From Moniliella sp. 'wahieum' (Eukaryota): a DNA stretch of 64,000 nucleotides. The position numbers and the translations under genes were made by a program. The stretch is from the NCBI GenBank assembly GCA_003971905.1, contig RSEE01000035.1, positions 558,001 to 622,000 on the forward strand, in the 5' to 3' direction. Each line of letters begins with the position of its first letter. Within the stretch, counting starts at the first letter, position 1. The notes under the pieces were generated by a model that was not told the DNA's origin, did no database searches, and worked only from the letters and a program-made list of their open reading frames with translations. Of this stretch, positions 1-15,936 are shown piece by piece.

Positions 1-2330
1 GATCCAGCGTGTCTTGGCGGAGAAACAGGCCCGTTTGCTTTACCTTACTGCCCACCTCGCGCCGGGTACGCACGAGCGGGACTCGCCTTTGCCCGCTGCT
101 TCGTCTGCCTCCCCCTCTGCCTCTGCCTCTGCCTCCCCCTCTGTCCCTGCATCTGCCTCGGGCGATGGCGAGGGCGAAGGCGAGGGCGAAGGCGAGGGCG
201 AAGGCGAGGGCAACGAGGGCAAATTGGTAGCGGACATGGACAAGTTGCACCTTTTCCCTACCCCTGGCAACTCGGGCCCTACCCCGTCCCCCTCGCCACC
301 GTCTGTGTCCCCGTCAAGCCCGCATCCTACCCCACGCCATCCTCCCTCTACTTCAGGGGCGCGCCTGTCGCTTCTCCCCCTCCCGTCCTCCCCCTCCTCT
401 CCTTCCCCCTCCTCCTCTCGCGAATCACAGTCGAATGAGCACGTTGCTGCGTGCGAGGCGACGCGGAGCAAGGCGTTGCTCACGCACAAGGTGACCACGT
501 TAGAGCGCGCGCTGGCGCAGCAGCAAGGAGTTGACCACGTGCCATGCCGACCTGGCCAGCTGGCAGACGCGATCGGACGCGCTGACGGAGCAGGTGCGTG
601 AGGCGCACACCTCGGTGGGCGAGTACCGCGAGCGGGCTCGGATTGCGACGCTGGCCCTGGCGCAGGAGCAAGAGCGCGTACGCAACTTGGAGGATGCGTT
701 GGATGCAGTGCAAGACCGCTACGAACGCGCCGAGGCTCGCTTGGCTACCACCCAGGAACATTTGGCTGTCGCGCTGTTGGACCGTGATGCGGCACAGGAG
801 GAACGTGATCGGTTGCGGGCCAAATGGGAGCACGAGCACCACCCCGCCAGCCTGGAGAGCACGACGGCGCGACCGACACGCACACCGACACGCAGACCGA
901 CACAGACACGGACGTTGCTCATCTCCACCACCAACTGGCACTGTTGACGCAGGAAGTGGACTTGGCCCGCTCGGCGCAGGAGGAGGTGGAGGTGGTGCGG
1001 GCGCAGTGTGCTCACTTGGACGGCGAAGCGCGCGCGGCCCAAGCGGCGTGCGAGCAGTGGCAGCAACAGACGCATACGTTGCAAGTGCAACAAGAGCTGT
1101 GGGCGCACGAGTTGAACACGACCAAAGCTGCGTTGCTGGACCTGCAAGGCGCCCATGACGTGCTGCTGCACCAGCGCGACACGGCCGTCGCCCTTTCGGA
1201 CGAGCTGAGCCAGACGCAAGCGCGTCTCGAAACGGCGCTGAGCGAGGCGCGCGCCCAGGCCGGGACTGCCACGTCGGAATGGGACAAGGCAAGGCAAGCG
1301 GCGTCGGCGACGAGGCAGAAGCTGATGCAGCTAGATCAGACCTATTGGTCTACCAAGGAGGAGTTGGCCGCGACCCAGGAAGAGATGGAAGACTTGGCGG
1401 AAGAACTGGGGGCGGCAATGGTAGAGACGGCCCAGGCCAAGGCTCATGTTGTCGACTTGGAAGCTAAACGGCTCGAACTGCAGAGCCAAGTGGATTCGTT
1501 GCACACGGCACTGGAGCAGGCCAACGCTTCTTCGACTGTAGGTTTGGCTCTTCGCTCCGTGGGCACGCGTGCCTCGACCGATTCGCCCCCTCGCCCTCCC
1601 CCTTCTCCCCCGCGCGCTCGGTCCTATTCGCCACAAGAGCAAAATAGGATTGCCCAGCTCACGTCCCAGTTACGCACGACACAACAAGAACTGGTGCGGT
1701 CCCAACAACAAGCCGAACACTACCACCAAACCGTGGAAACCCTGTATGTACCTTCTTCTTTTTCTTCTCCATTTTCCTCTGCACGCGTCCAGCCTGACCC
1801 CTCTCCTTTGCTTTGGTAGGCGCCGCTCGCACACGGAATTGGCAGCACAGGTGAGCGCGCACACCCAATCCGAAGCCGAGCTGCAAGAGCAAGTGCGGAC
1901 GATGATGGAGGATCTGCAAGCCAAGGCCGAGGAGATTGAGCACAACGACGATCGGGTGATTGAACTCAAGCGGTCAATCAACAAGTTGGCACGGGACAAG
2001 GCCAAGTTACATGCTCGCCTGGACCAGCTGGAGACCAGGGCCGCCGCCCCCCCTCCCCCCGGCATCTCTGCACCCATACCTGGCCCCCGCTCCCTGCACC
2101 TGGAGCACCACCGCGCAGCGCCGCTGGCGCCGTTGCGCTCGGTAGCCGGGCAAAAACGGCGGTTGCCCGACGATGTGGATGCAAGCCCAAGCCGCACCGA
2201 CAGGCGGCACCATGTACGAGCCATGTGTCCGCCTCTGCCGCCGTCGCTCTTGCCTCGGCTGCCGGGCCGGGCCGGGCAGGCGCGCACCCCGCCACCCGTC
2301 GCTACCCCCAAGGCCGAGGGGGAAAGGTAA
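1..2330 (+). CDS. Long coiled-coil protein of unknown function (5' end probably outside the window; frameshifted; one intron 1744-1819)
   Basis: Successive A/E/Q/L-rich heptad-like ORFs 14-601, 531-947 and 824-1819 joined by apparent indels. Intron GTATGT(1744)...CTGAC...TAG(1819) joins ETL to RRSHTELAAQ in frame. GE and AS dipeptide repeats near the N-terminus. Confidence 0.65.
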
Positions 2331-2552
2331 GCCACCTCGCGGGATGCACTTTGTATTCATTACGTTTGAGGCCTGAAGCGTCGGGCTAGAGGCTGGAGGC
2401 TGGCCATCGATGCTGCTGGCATCTCGATTCCATTGTACTTCTATCCCCCATTCCTGGTTTCGCGTGTGGACAGCGGGCGGGGTCAGGTACCAGCGACGAC
2501 GCGGCGGTCGGTGGGGTATATACAGTGGGGGAGGGCAAGGTGCACCGGCGGG

Positions 2553-2570
2553 GTCACGTGGTCACGTGGT
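2553..2570. promoter_or_regulatory. Tandem E-boxes (GTCACGTG x2) upstream of the elongase
   Basis: CACGTG at 2555-2560 and 2563-2568; candidate bHLH (Cbf1/SREBP-type) sites. Confidence 0.35.
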
Positions 2571-3027
2571 GTGGATGGCCAGCGTGCGCATGCCATGGGC
2601 CACATGATGTCACCATGTCACCCCACTCCACTCAAGGGCGATGCGCGGGGGCATGTCGCATGGCTGTGGACATGTCTGACACGCGCTCTGGCGCTCAGCG
2701 CGCACTGGGTACTCCGCATAGCCTCCCTCGCGTCGGGCTGGGGGGGGCAAGAGGCACGCGTGCTGCTTGTGCTGGCTGCAGAGAGCGGTGGGGTGCGGCC
2801 AGGCGGCTGTGCGCACAAGCAGAGCCGATGCGGGTGCATGCAGGGAGAGCACCCCCTTGCATGCCCAGCCCGCGCGCGGCTGCCTGCCGCAAGAAGCGCT
2901 CCCACAGCGCATGCCATCGGTGCATCATCCACACCCTCAAATACTGGGCCTCTGCACTCGTGCATTGCATGCTGCCCAGCCCATCCAGTCCTCAAAGGAA
3001 CGGGTGCAGTGTGCTGCACAAGACCAA

Positions 3028-3035
3028 TATATAAA
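3028..3035 (+). promoter_or_regulatory. TATA box of the elongase gene
   Basis: TATATAAA about 200 nt upstream of ATG 3231, in GC-rich context and followed by a pyrimidine-rich leader. Confidence 0.5.
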
Positions 3036-3230
3036 GCGCCTGCGGCTCCCTCTGTTTTGCTCCAGCCTTGTCCCCCCTCTCCCTCGCGCACCCCACATCT
3101 CCCCCTGTGCAACACCCCACGCTCTCTACCAGCAGCGCGTCTTTTGCTTGCCCCCCCCCACTCTTTGTCTCCCTCCTGCTGTCTCCACGCGCGCATCCCC
3201 CTCCCTGCACCACCACCCCCAGCCACGGCC

Positions 3231-4410
3231 ATGTCCTCCTTCCCCCTCGACCGCACCGACGGTGGCCTCCTCCACCGTCTCGCCGCCTTGCCCTACCCGC
3301 TTCGTCCCGCGGGGGTGCTGGTGCCCCAGAGTCTGTTTCAATGGTCCATGTCCGCTTGGACTCCATCGCTGTTTGCCGTGGTGTACCTGCTGGCTGTGCG
3401 CTGGGCGAACCAGCGCCGCGCACGTGCCATCCGCACGGGCACGCCCTTGCCCGACCTGATCAAGAACTCCTCCTTCCTCTCTCGTCTCGTTCTGCTCCAC
3501 AACACCTTCCTCGCCCTCTCCGGCTGGACCTTCTTCCACGCCGTCACCCGCATCATTCCTTACTTTGTTAGCGGCATCCAGCAGGGCGGCGCGCACGGGC
3601 TCCGCAACGCCTACTGCACTGTCCCCACCAACGACCCAGTCGGCTTGGGGCGGTACGTGTGGTTCTTCTATCTGAGCAAGTACTACGAGATTGTCGACTC
3701 GATCATCCTGGCCGCCAAGGGCAAAAATGTGTCCAACTTACAAGCCTACCACCATGCCGGCGCGATTGCGGCCATGTGGTCGGGCACGCGGTACAGGTAC
3801 GTGTCGTCGCTTTGTCTTGAGCTTCCTCGCCATGCATGGGCACGGTTCGGGACCGACGATTACTGACGCGGTATGCTCTGTGGTGGCACTGGGGGGGGGG
3901 GGACAGCGCCAACGGTATTTGGATCTTCCTTTTGTTTAACAGTGGCATTCACACGATGATGTACTCGTACTTTACACTTTCTACGCTCCAGTTTCCCGGT
4001 GCGGGCGCGTTAAAGCAGGCGATGACAACGGCGCAGATTGTGCAGCTGTTTGTGGGAGGCATGATTGCATCGTTGTACCTATTGGTACGCTACTCGCCGC
4101 TTGCGTACCAAGGTGCTGCGCCATCCATTGGCCAACCCCCCTGAGCCAGGTAAGCCGCGGCGCATTCACCTATACTTGGGACGCCGTCACCAACACCAGC
4201 CAAGGTGCTGCTGATGCGTACCATCGCTTGAGCCAGCTGGTCTTGTCTCCCGATGCAAGCGTCTCGTGCTGCGTGTCGACGGGGCAAGCGTTCGCAGTCG
4301 CACTTAACGTCACCTACCTCGTCCCGCTCATCGTGCTCTTTGTTCGCTTCTACCTCCGCAGTTACCGCCACCCTGCAACAACCTTCAAGGCACACAACAC
4401 GGCTGACTAA
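3231..4410 (+). CDS. GNS1/SUR4 (ELO) family fatty acid elongase, QxxHH variant
   Basis: Motifs FYLSKYYEIVDS, LQAYHHAG, NSGIHTMMYSYF, TTAQIVQ and LFVRFY; several hydrophobic segments. Intron 3797-3906 restores GTRYS-ANGIW. Apparent indel in the C-run near 4136-4141. Confidence 0.9.
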
Positions 4411-5373
4411 GTACAAGTACTAACCCCCCATCTAGTACTCCCTTCGGTCAGCCAATTGTTTTTCACACCTCTTTCGTTCCGTTCATATACCCCCTCCACG
4501 TTCCACACCTGACATGCGATCCCAACTTGACCGAAGAACCAATGGAGGAGCTGTGCGGGACTACCTGTTACCTACTATGCGTCGTATACCTCCATCATGC
4601 CGCTTCCTTCCTTGGTTATTCTTTGGGCTACCGTGCGGTGCCATCAGACACTGTATTGGTTTCCTGGCTTCCTGGCTTCCTGTTGTTACCGTCACGCAAC
4701 CTCGCTCTCTTCCTTCACTTTTGTTGGTGTCTGACGGGCCACACACACTCCTGTCCCGCGGCTGTGCGCATGGCCCTGTTCTACATCGTCCTTGAAGCTT
4801 GTCCCCTGTGTGTGTGTCTCATCACGCGTTGTTTACCGTGTGCTTGCTTGTCCTTTTCTTGTTCCTGTGGTACCCAAGGCACCGTTCCATGCAGCCTGAA
4901 TATATGCCATTGGCATACAAAGCAATCCCCTTTCTTGAATGCGTTGGACCAATACACAGGAAATTGATGAAGAGCAAAGGAGATATGCCTCGGGCGCTGT
5001 TTAGAGAGATTCGGTCATACAACATGCTCTAAACTGGTGTGGTGGCAGATGCGTTTTGTGCGTGCGGCTCGTCCCCATCTCGTCCCCTCTGGTGGCTATA
5101 TACACCCAGGCGTATGTGGCACTACTGTTGTGGCGGCACGTGGAGGAGGACACACATCACCAGGACATCACGCCTGTTGCTTTTTCCCCTGGGGCCGGCG
5201 GAATTTGGTGGGATGCGGCCCGGGGCGGAATGGGGGTGGCGCGGCGGGCGGGGAGCAGTGGCCGCAGCGCGGAAGCCAACCGAAGGCGGCCGCGGCAGGA
5301 AACGAGAGAGGAAGACCGCTGGGCGTCGCGTTCGCGTCTGCCGCTTCCGCTCCCCCCCCCCCCACCATCCGCC

Positions 5374-6955
5374 ATGTCGGCCCCCATCTTTGCTGCCGAG
5401 GCCACCGAGGAGCGTGCTGAGAATGCGCGTCTGTCTAGCTTTGTCGGCGCCACGGCCCTGGGCGACCTGGTCAAGACGACGCTCGGTCCCAAGGGCATGA
5501 ACAAGATGCTGCAGTCCATCAGCTCCAACAACAACAACGACATTGTCGTCACCAATGACGGTGCCACCATCCTCCGCTCCATCCACATTGACAATGCTGC
5601 CGCCAAGATCCTCGTCAACATCTCCAAGGTCCAGGATGACGAAGTGGGCGATGGAACCACCTCGGTCTGTGTCCTGGCTTCGGAGCTTCTGCGCGAGGCT
5701 GAGCGTCTGGTCGAGCGCCGCATTCACCCCCAGACCATCGTCGATGGCTACCGGATTGCCTCCAAGGCCGCCTTGGCCAACTTGGATGCCCAGGCGCAGG
5801 ACCACGCCAGTGACCCGGCTCTGTTCCGCAAGGACCTGCTCAACATTGCCCGCACGACCCTCAGCAGCAAGGTGCTGGCGGACGACCAGGACTACTTTGC
5901 CAAGCTGGCGGTGGAAGCCGTGCTGCGGCTCAAGGGCTCGACTAACTTGGAGCACATCCAGATCATCAAAAAGGTCGGTGGCAAGCTTACGGACAGTTTC
6001 CTGTCCGATGGGTTTATTCTCGACAAGAAGATGGCGCCGGGCGGACCCAAGGTGCTGCACGATGCCAACATTCTGATTGCCAACACCAGCATGGACACGG
6101 ACAAGATCAAGGTGTTTGGTGCGCGGGTGCGGGTGGAAGGTACGGCGAAGCTGGCTGAGCTGGAGCGTGCCGAGCGGGACAAGATGCGCGCCAAGGTGGA
6201 CCGGATCAAGGCGCATGGCATCAACTGCTTTGTCAACCGTCAGCTCATTTACAATTACCCCGAGTCGCTTCTTTCCGAGGCCGGGGTGATGAGCATTGAG
6301 CACGCCGACTTTGAAGGTGTGGAGCGTCTGGCGCTCGTCACGGGCGGCGAAATCGCCTCGACGTTTGACCGTCCCGACCTGGTGCGTCTCGGCCACTGCA
6401 AGACCATCGAGGATTATGATTGGGGAGGACAAACTGATTCGCTTCTCGGGCGTCGCGGCCGGAGAAGCGTGCACGGTAGTCTTGCGCGGCGCTACGACAC
6501 AGATGGTGGACGAAGCCGAACGGTCGCTGCACGATGCGCTCTCGGTGCTGTCGCAGACAGTGCAAGAGACGAGGATCGTATATGGTGGTGGATGCGCCGA
6601 GATGGGCATGTCAGCCGCGGTGGAAGAGGCGGCAGTGCGGGTGGAGGGAAAGAAAGCTTTGGCGGCCGAAGCGTTTGCTCGTGCGCTGCGCCAACTGCCC
6701 ACGATCCTCGCTGACAATGCCGGTCTGGACTCGGCGGACCTGGTGGCGCGTCTGCGCGCCGCGCATGCCGCTGGCGACTCTACCGCGGGGTTGGACTTGG
6801 ACCACGGCTGCGTAGCCAGCATGGTCGAGCGCGGCACGACCGAGTCGCACAAACTCAAGCGCCTCGTCGTCAACTCGGCCTCCGAGGCGGCTGAGATGGT
6901 GCTGCGCGTAGATGACATTCTCAAGGCCGCACCGCGCCAGAGGGATGCGCATTAA
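5374..6955 (+). CDS. CCT2: Chaperonin CCT/TRiC beta subunit
   Basis: [49 protein letters not shown] and [12 protein letters not shown]. One apparent frameshift near 6412 (expected IEEIMIGED). Confidence 0.97.
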
Positions 6956-8664
6956 CCCCCCCCCCTCCCCTCCCCCGGCTAATACGGATGGTCTCGCATC
7001 ATACTCCCTGGCCGCTCTGGTAGCCCCCGTGGCGGGCCGCTGGCTCGCGATGCCGCGCCTGCGGAACCAAACGAAACGTAGTGTAACGCAACGTAGCGCA
7101 GTGAGCGAGTGGTTCTTTGGCCCACCTGCAGCGCCCGACGTAGCGGATGCGAGAAAGTCACAGCTAAAGCGAAAGCCAACCCTCTTGTTGCGACGGTGAC
7201 TGGCTTCGCCGATCGCGGTGCACTTCCGGCCTCATTAGCCCCGAGGCTCCGCGGGCTCCGAGGACTGCTGATGCGCGCATACTCGCGTAAGCAACGACTA
7301 GTAGCCTTCTCCTGTAGCCCTTGTCCTGCTTCCTACCACCAACGCCTATCTCTCGCCCGCAATCGATCGCCTACGCTACTGTCCCAAACGCTTCAGCATC
7401 CATTGCGGTCTCCATAGCCGAGTGGACCAGGACGTCGCTATACTCTTTTCTCTTCAGGATGGAAACGTAGGACCGTCCCATCTCCCATCTACCATCTCGC
7501 ATCTCCCATCTCCCATCGCCGCCCCAGCCACGGACACTGTAGCCCAACCCACCCACCACCAGCCCCTGCGACCGAGGGGGGCGCCATGATGCACGATGCA
7601 TGATGCCTGGCCAAGCTGGTGCACCATACAGCCCAGCGGGTGTACGCGCCCGCCCCGTGGCCGCAGCGTGCCACACAGCGGAAATGCTGCAAGGCCAACT
7701 TGGCGACACTGGCGCCGCAAAGCCATGATAATCGGCTTGGGCCGCTTTGGCCGTCGCGCAACCAACACCTCGTCAACGTGGAATGTGGAACGTTGATGGA
7801 CGGCGCTGGCAAGTAACTCTCGGTGTCCCCGCAGCGTGTGTCGGCCGTCGCCCCCTGGCCTGTACTCCGTCCCATGGATCCTTGGTGCATGCTTCCCCCC
7901 TTGTCCCCGGGCAACCACACCGTCCCACTATGGGCGTGGTGCGCATCCGCTTTGATGCGAGGGTCTATACAGTGGTAACATGAGATGGAGATGGAGATGG
8001 GGGAAAGGATGAGGACCATATTCATCGCTTCAATGGAAAGAGGGCGAGGTATATATGCCTCAGAGAGAGAACATGCGAGCTGAGTCACATGCAGGAAGAA
8101 GGGGAGCCTAGTCAAAAAGGGGGAAAACAGGGTCTGGAACAAATCAGAGACCAGTCAACTTGGTGACAAACGGGAGCGCTGAGCAAGTGGGGCTGATCCC
8201 GACAAAGGGGTTGGAGGGGGCGAGCACAGTGCGATTGCGTTTTGTAGGTGCTTTTTGGTACCCCCCGTCGCAACGGGCGTTCCCTGCGTTGCTCTGAGCG
8301 AACGGCGCAGGTTGAACGTTGAACTTAACGTCGAGTGAGCACGTTGAGCGCTGCGCATGCGTGCACTGGCCACGTGACCCATCGCCGGCCCAACGCATAC
8401 TGGTCCGGATGAGACGCCGAGCGTCGGAGCGGGAATGATGGATCCAATGAGTAATGGGATGGATGGCTTGGTGGGGACGCTGTGACGCGCTCTGCGTGAC
8501 GCGGGCCACCCACCCGGCCTGGGCGGCGCAGTGCCGGCCGCAGCGGATGCTTGTGTCCGGCATCTGATCTCTGATTGGTACGGGCAGGTTGTGAGTGCGG
8601 TCGTTGTGAGTGCGGTCGTGGTGAGTGCCGTCTTCTTCGACCCGACCATCCCGCCCTCTCCGCC

Positions 8665-10718
<2,054 letters not shown>

Positions 10719-11415
10719 CCGTGCAAGTGTAATGCAGGCAATAATCGATGTGCGTCCGTGGTTCTGGTAATTGCATGTACATGTCCATTCTGTAGCGTAT
10801 CTCCTGTGTCATCCGTATGTAGGAATCGGCGCCTGGGCTATGCATACCGCTCCTCTTTAGAGGCAAGTGGCGGGATCCAGCAGCCTGCTTTGCCCTGGTG
10901 GCTACAGTGTTGGCCTCGTATGTTGGGGGCGGTGTGAGGCAGCGACTGCTGGAGGAGCGCACCTGGTGGCCGCGGGGTGACAAAGCGGTACGGCCTACTA
11001 TTCACAGCAGGGAGAGCCCGATCCCATTCCATCCAAGCGTGGTGACGTAACGTGTGGCAGTCGGACGTGTGACATGTGACGGGTGATAGGCCCAGCCACC
11101 GCCGCCTTTGAACATTTACCCCCCGCCTGCGCTGCGGCCACACGGGCCAGGCGGAATTGCGCGGGGCGAGGCGCTGCGGAATCGATAAGGCACATGGCCA
11201 CGGGAGACTGGTGTGGTGCTGGCGCTCACTCGCGTGGCAATGGGACAGTGGCGTTCGCTTGGGCCTCCCTCCTGCGGCGGACCTCCTGCGGACCTCCTCT
11301 CCTCTCCTCACGCCTCGCACCTCACACTTGCGCCTGCGACGGGGATCGGGATTGGCGTTGCGCACACGGCTGCTGCTCTCGCTTCCTGTCTTCTGCCTCT
11401 GGCGTTTTGCCCAAC

Positions 11416-13037
11416 ATGATGAAGGCTCTCATGGGCGACTCGAAGCCCCACTCGGCCGTCACCCAGCTCATTGACACTCCTGCTCCGACCACGTACGCCC
11501 CCCTTCCCTCCCGGCCTTGGCCTGGCCCTGTCTCCTCTGACTCTCTGCGTGGCTCCTTCCCGTCTTTAGTTTGGCGATGACGATATTGATGGTGTGCCCG
11601 AGCTGGTCACTGCCATCAACCTCCAGTCCACCGGCCCCACCGAGGCCGCGCGTGCGCTGCGCAAGAAGCTCAAGTACGGCTCGGTCCACAACCAAGTGCG
11701 TGCGTTGACCCTGATGGGCTTCCTGGTGGACAATGGCAACCGGCGCTTCCGCCAAACGTTCCTGGACCCGATGCTGGAAGAACGGATTGTGATGGTTGCG
11801 CAGGACGAGATGGTGGATGCACGGGTACGCAGGCGGCTGCTGCGTCTGTTGGCCCAGTGGGCGAGGGAGCTGAAGGACGATCCGCACGCCACCTCGCTCG
11901 CTTCGCTGTACCGCCGCGCTGGTGGCGGCCAGCCGTCGCGCGCTGCGCAGCAGGAGCGCCTGGACCGCCAGCGCCGAGGCGGCGGAACAAGCACGACGGG
12001 ACAAGGAACTGGACCGGGCTCGGGCGCTGCGGGCCAAGCAAGAGAAGCAGGATTGGAAGGCGGCCCAACGTGCTCAACGAGAGGAGGAGCAACGTTCGGC
12101 CCAGTCGTCTCGGAGGAAATTCAACTTGGCACAAGAGAAGCCACAGATCATGAGCTCGGTGGGCTTGGCGCAGCAGTACTCTACCGCCCTGGTCAATGCG
12201 CTGCAGCTCGTCAATCGCGAAGAAGAGTCGGTGCGTCAGAACGCCAAGGTGCAGCAGTATCTGGGCAAAGTCAAGCAGGAACGCAAGCGGGTCGTGCGGT
12301 ACATCCAGCTGGTGCAGGACGAGGAGTTTATCGGCACACTGATTGCTGCCAACGAACAGATCATCCTCGCGCTCGAGCTGTACGACAAGCTGTCCAAGTC
12401 GGCCGAACACGATTCGGACGAGGAGGGTGTGCTGGGCGAGTTGCGTGGCCAAGAGGCGGTGGACGCACAACTTCGTGAGCAAGATGCTGAAATCGAGGCG
12501 GTGCGACAACGCTTGGTGCGCGCTCGGTTTGATCCCGATGGCGAGATTGCGCAACTGCAGGAACAGCAACGCCGTGGCATTGAGCGCCACAACTCGAGCA
12601 ATGCCAGTCGGGGTGCGAACCGGGGTGCACCGGGCAGTGCCATGGCCGATCTGCTCGACCTCGATTTCGATTCGGCCGATTCGCCCCACTCGCGCTCGCG
12701 TCCGCTCCAACCACGCCGCATGTCGCCCGATAGCTATGGGTACAGTGATGAGGACTTGGCTGATGCCGAGGTGGCCATGGCCAGTGCCTCGGGCAGCCGC
12801 AGCCGCTTTGCTCGCCCGCTCGACGACGACGACGATGCCGACTCGATCTACTATACCCGGCGTCCGCAGATCGGACCGCGGTATGCTTCCTCGTTCTTGT
12901 CGGACGAGGCGGAGGAGGAGGATGCGCCCCGCCGCGCACCAGCGGCAGCCGAGGACGATGATGGCTTTGATCCCTTTGCCGACCCCGAGGGCCCTTCCCA
13001 GGCCCGCCCGGCGCGCCAGACGTTTGCGGCGGTTTAA
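11416..13037 (+). CDS. LSB5: VHS/GAT-domain endocytic adaptor (Lsb5-like); intron 11493-11569; frameshifted
   Basis: KPHSAVT, GPTEAARALRKKLKYGSVHNQVRAL, GAT-like EEFIGTLIAANEQIILALELYD and C-terminal DPF motif. Confidence 0.8.
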
Positions 13038-13465
13038 CTGGGCCGGGGCCCCGGCGCTTGGTGGGTGCGTTGCTCTTGTTTTTGTCTAAACTATCGTGCG
13101 AATGCCCATGGAAGTGCTGCATGCGCACCCTGTGGAGGCGAGGTCTGAGGCGCCCCAGGCGAGCGGGCGGCCAGGGGGCACTGTGTGTAAGAACAGAGTA
13201 GCTGTGGATGGTACTCGTCGGCTGACGCTGGTGGCTCGTGCCCGTCCCAGACACCCACACGCAATAGCAGTCAGGCCATTGCAACGTTGAAACAAACACA
13301 CCGCTGTGGCTGCGTTCAAATGTTCAATGTTGAATGTTGCAATGCCAAGCCACCCCGCGGCAGAGCGGAATGGGCCGGAATTCCGGCACTGCGCCCGCTG
13401 GCAGCCAGCAAAGAATCCCACAAGAAGAAACCCGTAGCACCAGCCACCCCACCGCCTGCCCCGCC

Positions 13466-15936
13466 ATGCTGCTTGCTGCGCGTGCCCTCGTCCGGCGGGC
13501 AGCGCGTCCGCACGCATATGCGGCTCTGCGCACCTCCGCCTCGCTCGCCTTCACCCCCGACATGGCCGCTGCCTCCGAGGCCGAACCCCAGCGGTGCGCG
13601 CCTCCGCCCCCCACCCCCCGCTGCATCCTCGGCCGCCGCGCCGCCCCCCGAGCACAGCTGGACCAACCACCCCTCGATCAGCCCGCTGATTCAAGCCGAG
13701 CATCCTGACTCGCTTCCGTCCCAGCTGCGCGCGTGGAACCGCGAGCGCCGCGAGCGTCTCCGCCAGCGCAGCCTCTACGCCGGCAAGCACGCCCCAACTC
13801 ACGCCTACTGGCCGGCGCAAAATCCTCCTCCCCCCCGCCCCGTCTCCTGCCTTGCACGCTCCCTCTTCCGACGTGGCCCAGCGTGCCGCCCAGCAACTCA
13901 CGGAGGCACTTGCGGAGCCTGCCGTGGCCAACAACCATGCCGCTCACAATGCCCTGTGGGAGCTCTACCTCGCCTCGTCCTACCTTGTTCCTGCGCAGCA
14001 AGTCCGCGCCGCCAGCGCCGCTGCGGCGGACATTCTTCTCGAGCCGCGAAGGCGGAAATATCTGGTCGAGTCGGTTGCAGGGCAGGAGGAGACAAACGAC
14101 GACGACGCATCGTTGGACATGATGCAGACGGACGAAGGAAGCGGTGCCAAGCTACGTGTTTCCACTCTGTCTGTCGATGTGCTCGCTCAACTCGTTGAGC
14201 GTCTTGCTCCGAAACCCATGTCCAAGAGCCAGGCCGGGTCATTCAACATGTACCCGGTTGTCAAGCGGTACACTCGTCGTGCGCTGGCGCTTTTGGCGCA
14301 AGTGCGGGCCCAACGAGCGTTTGGCCCCGCGTTTGCTGCTACCATCGTTCCTGGTAGCCAAGAACACGCTGCCCTTCCTCCCCCCAACCTCAAGGCCATT
14401 CTCACCGTGTTGAAATGGGCCCAGGCGCAAACCCAAGCCGAGGTGGTGGATGACGTTCTTGTTCTTCTCCGACTCGTCCCGCAGGGGACCCAAGTCGCCG
14501 AGGTACAAGAGGCCGTTCGGATGGTGCTCTACCTTCTCTCCCGACGAGCAGCGCATGATGCGTCTTCCTCTCTGCGCGGCAATGCGAGCGAGGCCAGCCG
14601 CGGCGCGGGTTTGTGTGGGACGCAGCGAAATGGAATGCGACCGAGACGGTGTGTGCCGGGTTGGGGGAAGATGCATTGGCCGTCTTGTCGTACCATGATA
14701 TCCGGCCTTCTCTCGCAACCGCACTGGAGGCAACCAAGCTCTTTGCCCGCACCACGCGTCTGGACCAGGTGGTGAGGTTGTTACGCGAGCACTGGAACGT
14801 GGACCTGATGCGACCCGACTTGCCTCTGCAAAGCGCCGATGTGCCCCGGTCCCAACTGACTTGTTCAACACGATCCTGTTTGCCTTGGGGCAACAGTTGC
14901 CCGTTTCCGAGATGGTCGCCGCGTTTTACACTCTCACCGAACCTTTGACCACGGCTTCGCCCGCTTCGGCCTACCGCTCCGTCTCGAACGACGCCGACGT
15001 AGACTTTAGCGATACGGGCGAAGACTTCCCACCAGAGACGGGCGCCGGATTGCGCCCGGCCGTCGTGCCGGACATGTCGTCGTACGAGACCATGGTGCAC
15101 CACATGGTCAACCCCATCAAGGGCAAACGGTACCAAGGCCGGCAAGGCATGTGGGCCGCGCTGCTGCCCCGTGCACGTGTGCTGGAGACGTTTGAGATGG
15201 AACAGCGTCGGCGCTCGCGTGGGTCGTACACGCTCTTGCTCCAGCTCGTGCTGGACCAAGCACTGGACCAAGCCGCGCACCGCGCATCCGAATCGCGCAA
15301 ACGGCTACTTACCATCTTGGCCATTGAGCGCAGACCCGTCGCGCTCCGCCAGGCAGGCATCCAACCTGCCGACTTGGTGCTCTATGCTCCGCAGGTGGAC
15401 GAACTGCTGCTCCCAACCAAGCGCCTGCTACGCTGGGTGCTCCATCTGGCCCAGGACCGCGGCCGCTCCTCGCTGATCCGCTACCTGCTCGCGCACACGG
15501 CGCGCTGGTCCGACCTGCTCCAGGGCGAAGAAACCTTCCTCCGCGCGGCGGTGCAGCAAGTATCGCACCCTGCGCTGCATGCGCACTTTACTGCGCTCGC
15601 CGACGCGCACACTGCGCCGCTTGCTGTCGTGCGCTCCGTCACGGGCCAGCTGACCAAAAAGCTCCGCGCCGTGCAGAACAAGAAACGACGCTCGGCCACG
15701 ACGGACCTGTCGTCCAGCTGCCTGACGCGGACGCCAAGCCAGCCTCGGCCGACGCCTACGGCGCCGAGCTCGCCTCGCCCACTTCGATCCAGTTTGTGGA
15801 TCTGGGCGAGGTCAAGACGGAGCGCGTGGTGACGCGCGAACGCAAGTTGCGCGGCAAGGAGCGCCGCGCCGCCGAACGGGCCCTGGTCGAGGCACGGCAC
15901 GAGGAGATGCAGGAGCGCTGGAAGCGCGGTGGGTAG
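13466..15936 (+). CDS. Large helical protein of unknown function with a predicted mitochondrial presequence; several frameshifts
   Basis: ATG 13466 begins MLLAARALVRRAARPHAYAALRTS (Arg/Ala-rich, no acidic residues). Chain of coding-like ORFs 13852-14775, 14613-14948 and 14861-15832, ending EEMQERWKRGG-TAG. Confidence 0.55.

Noticed and set aside
6400..6430. Programmed ribosomal frameshift in CCT2
   Set aside because: No slippery heptamer; looks like a 2-nt loss in GAGGAG, consistent with errors elsewhere in the window.
5122..6924. 600-aa antisense ORF over CCT2, and similar antisense ORFs over the thymidylate synthase fusion, LSB5 and RPS3
   Set aside because: Shadow ORFs expected from GC-rich codon bias; no recognisable motifs.
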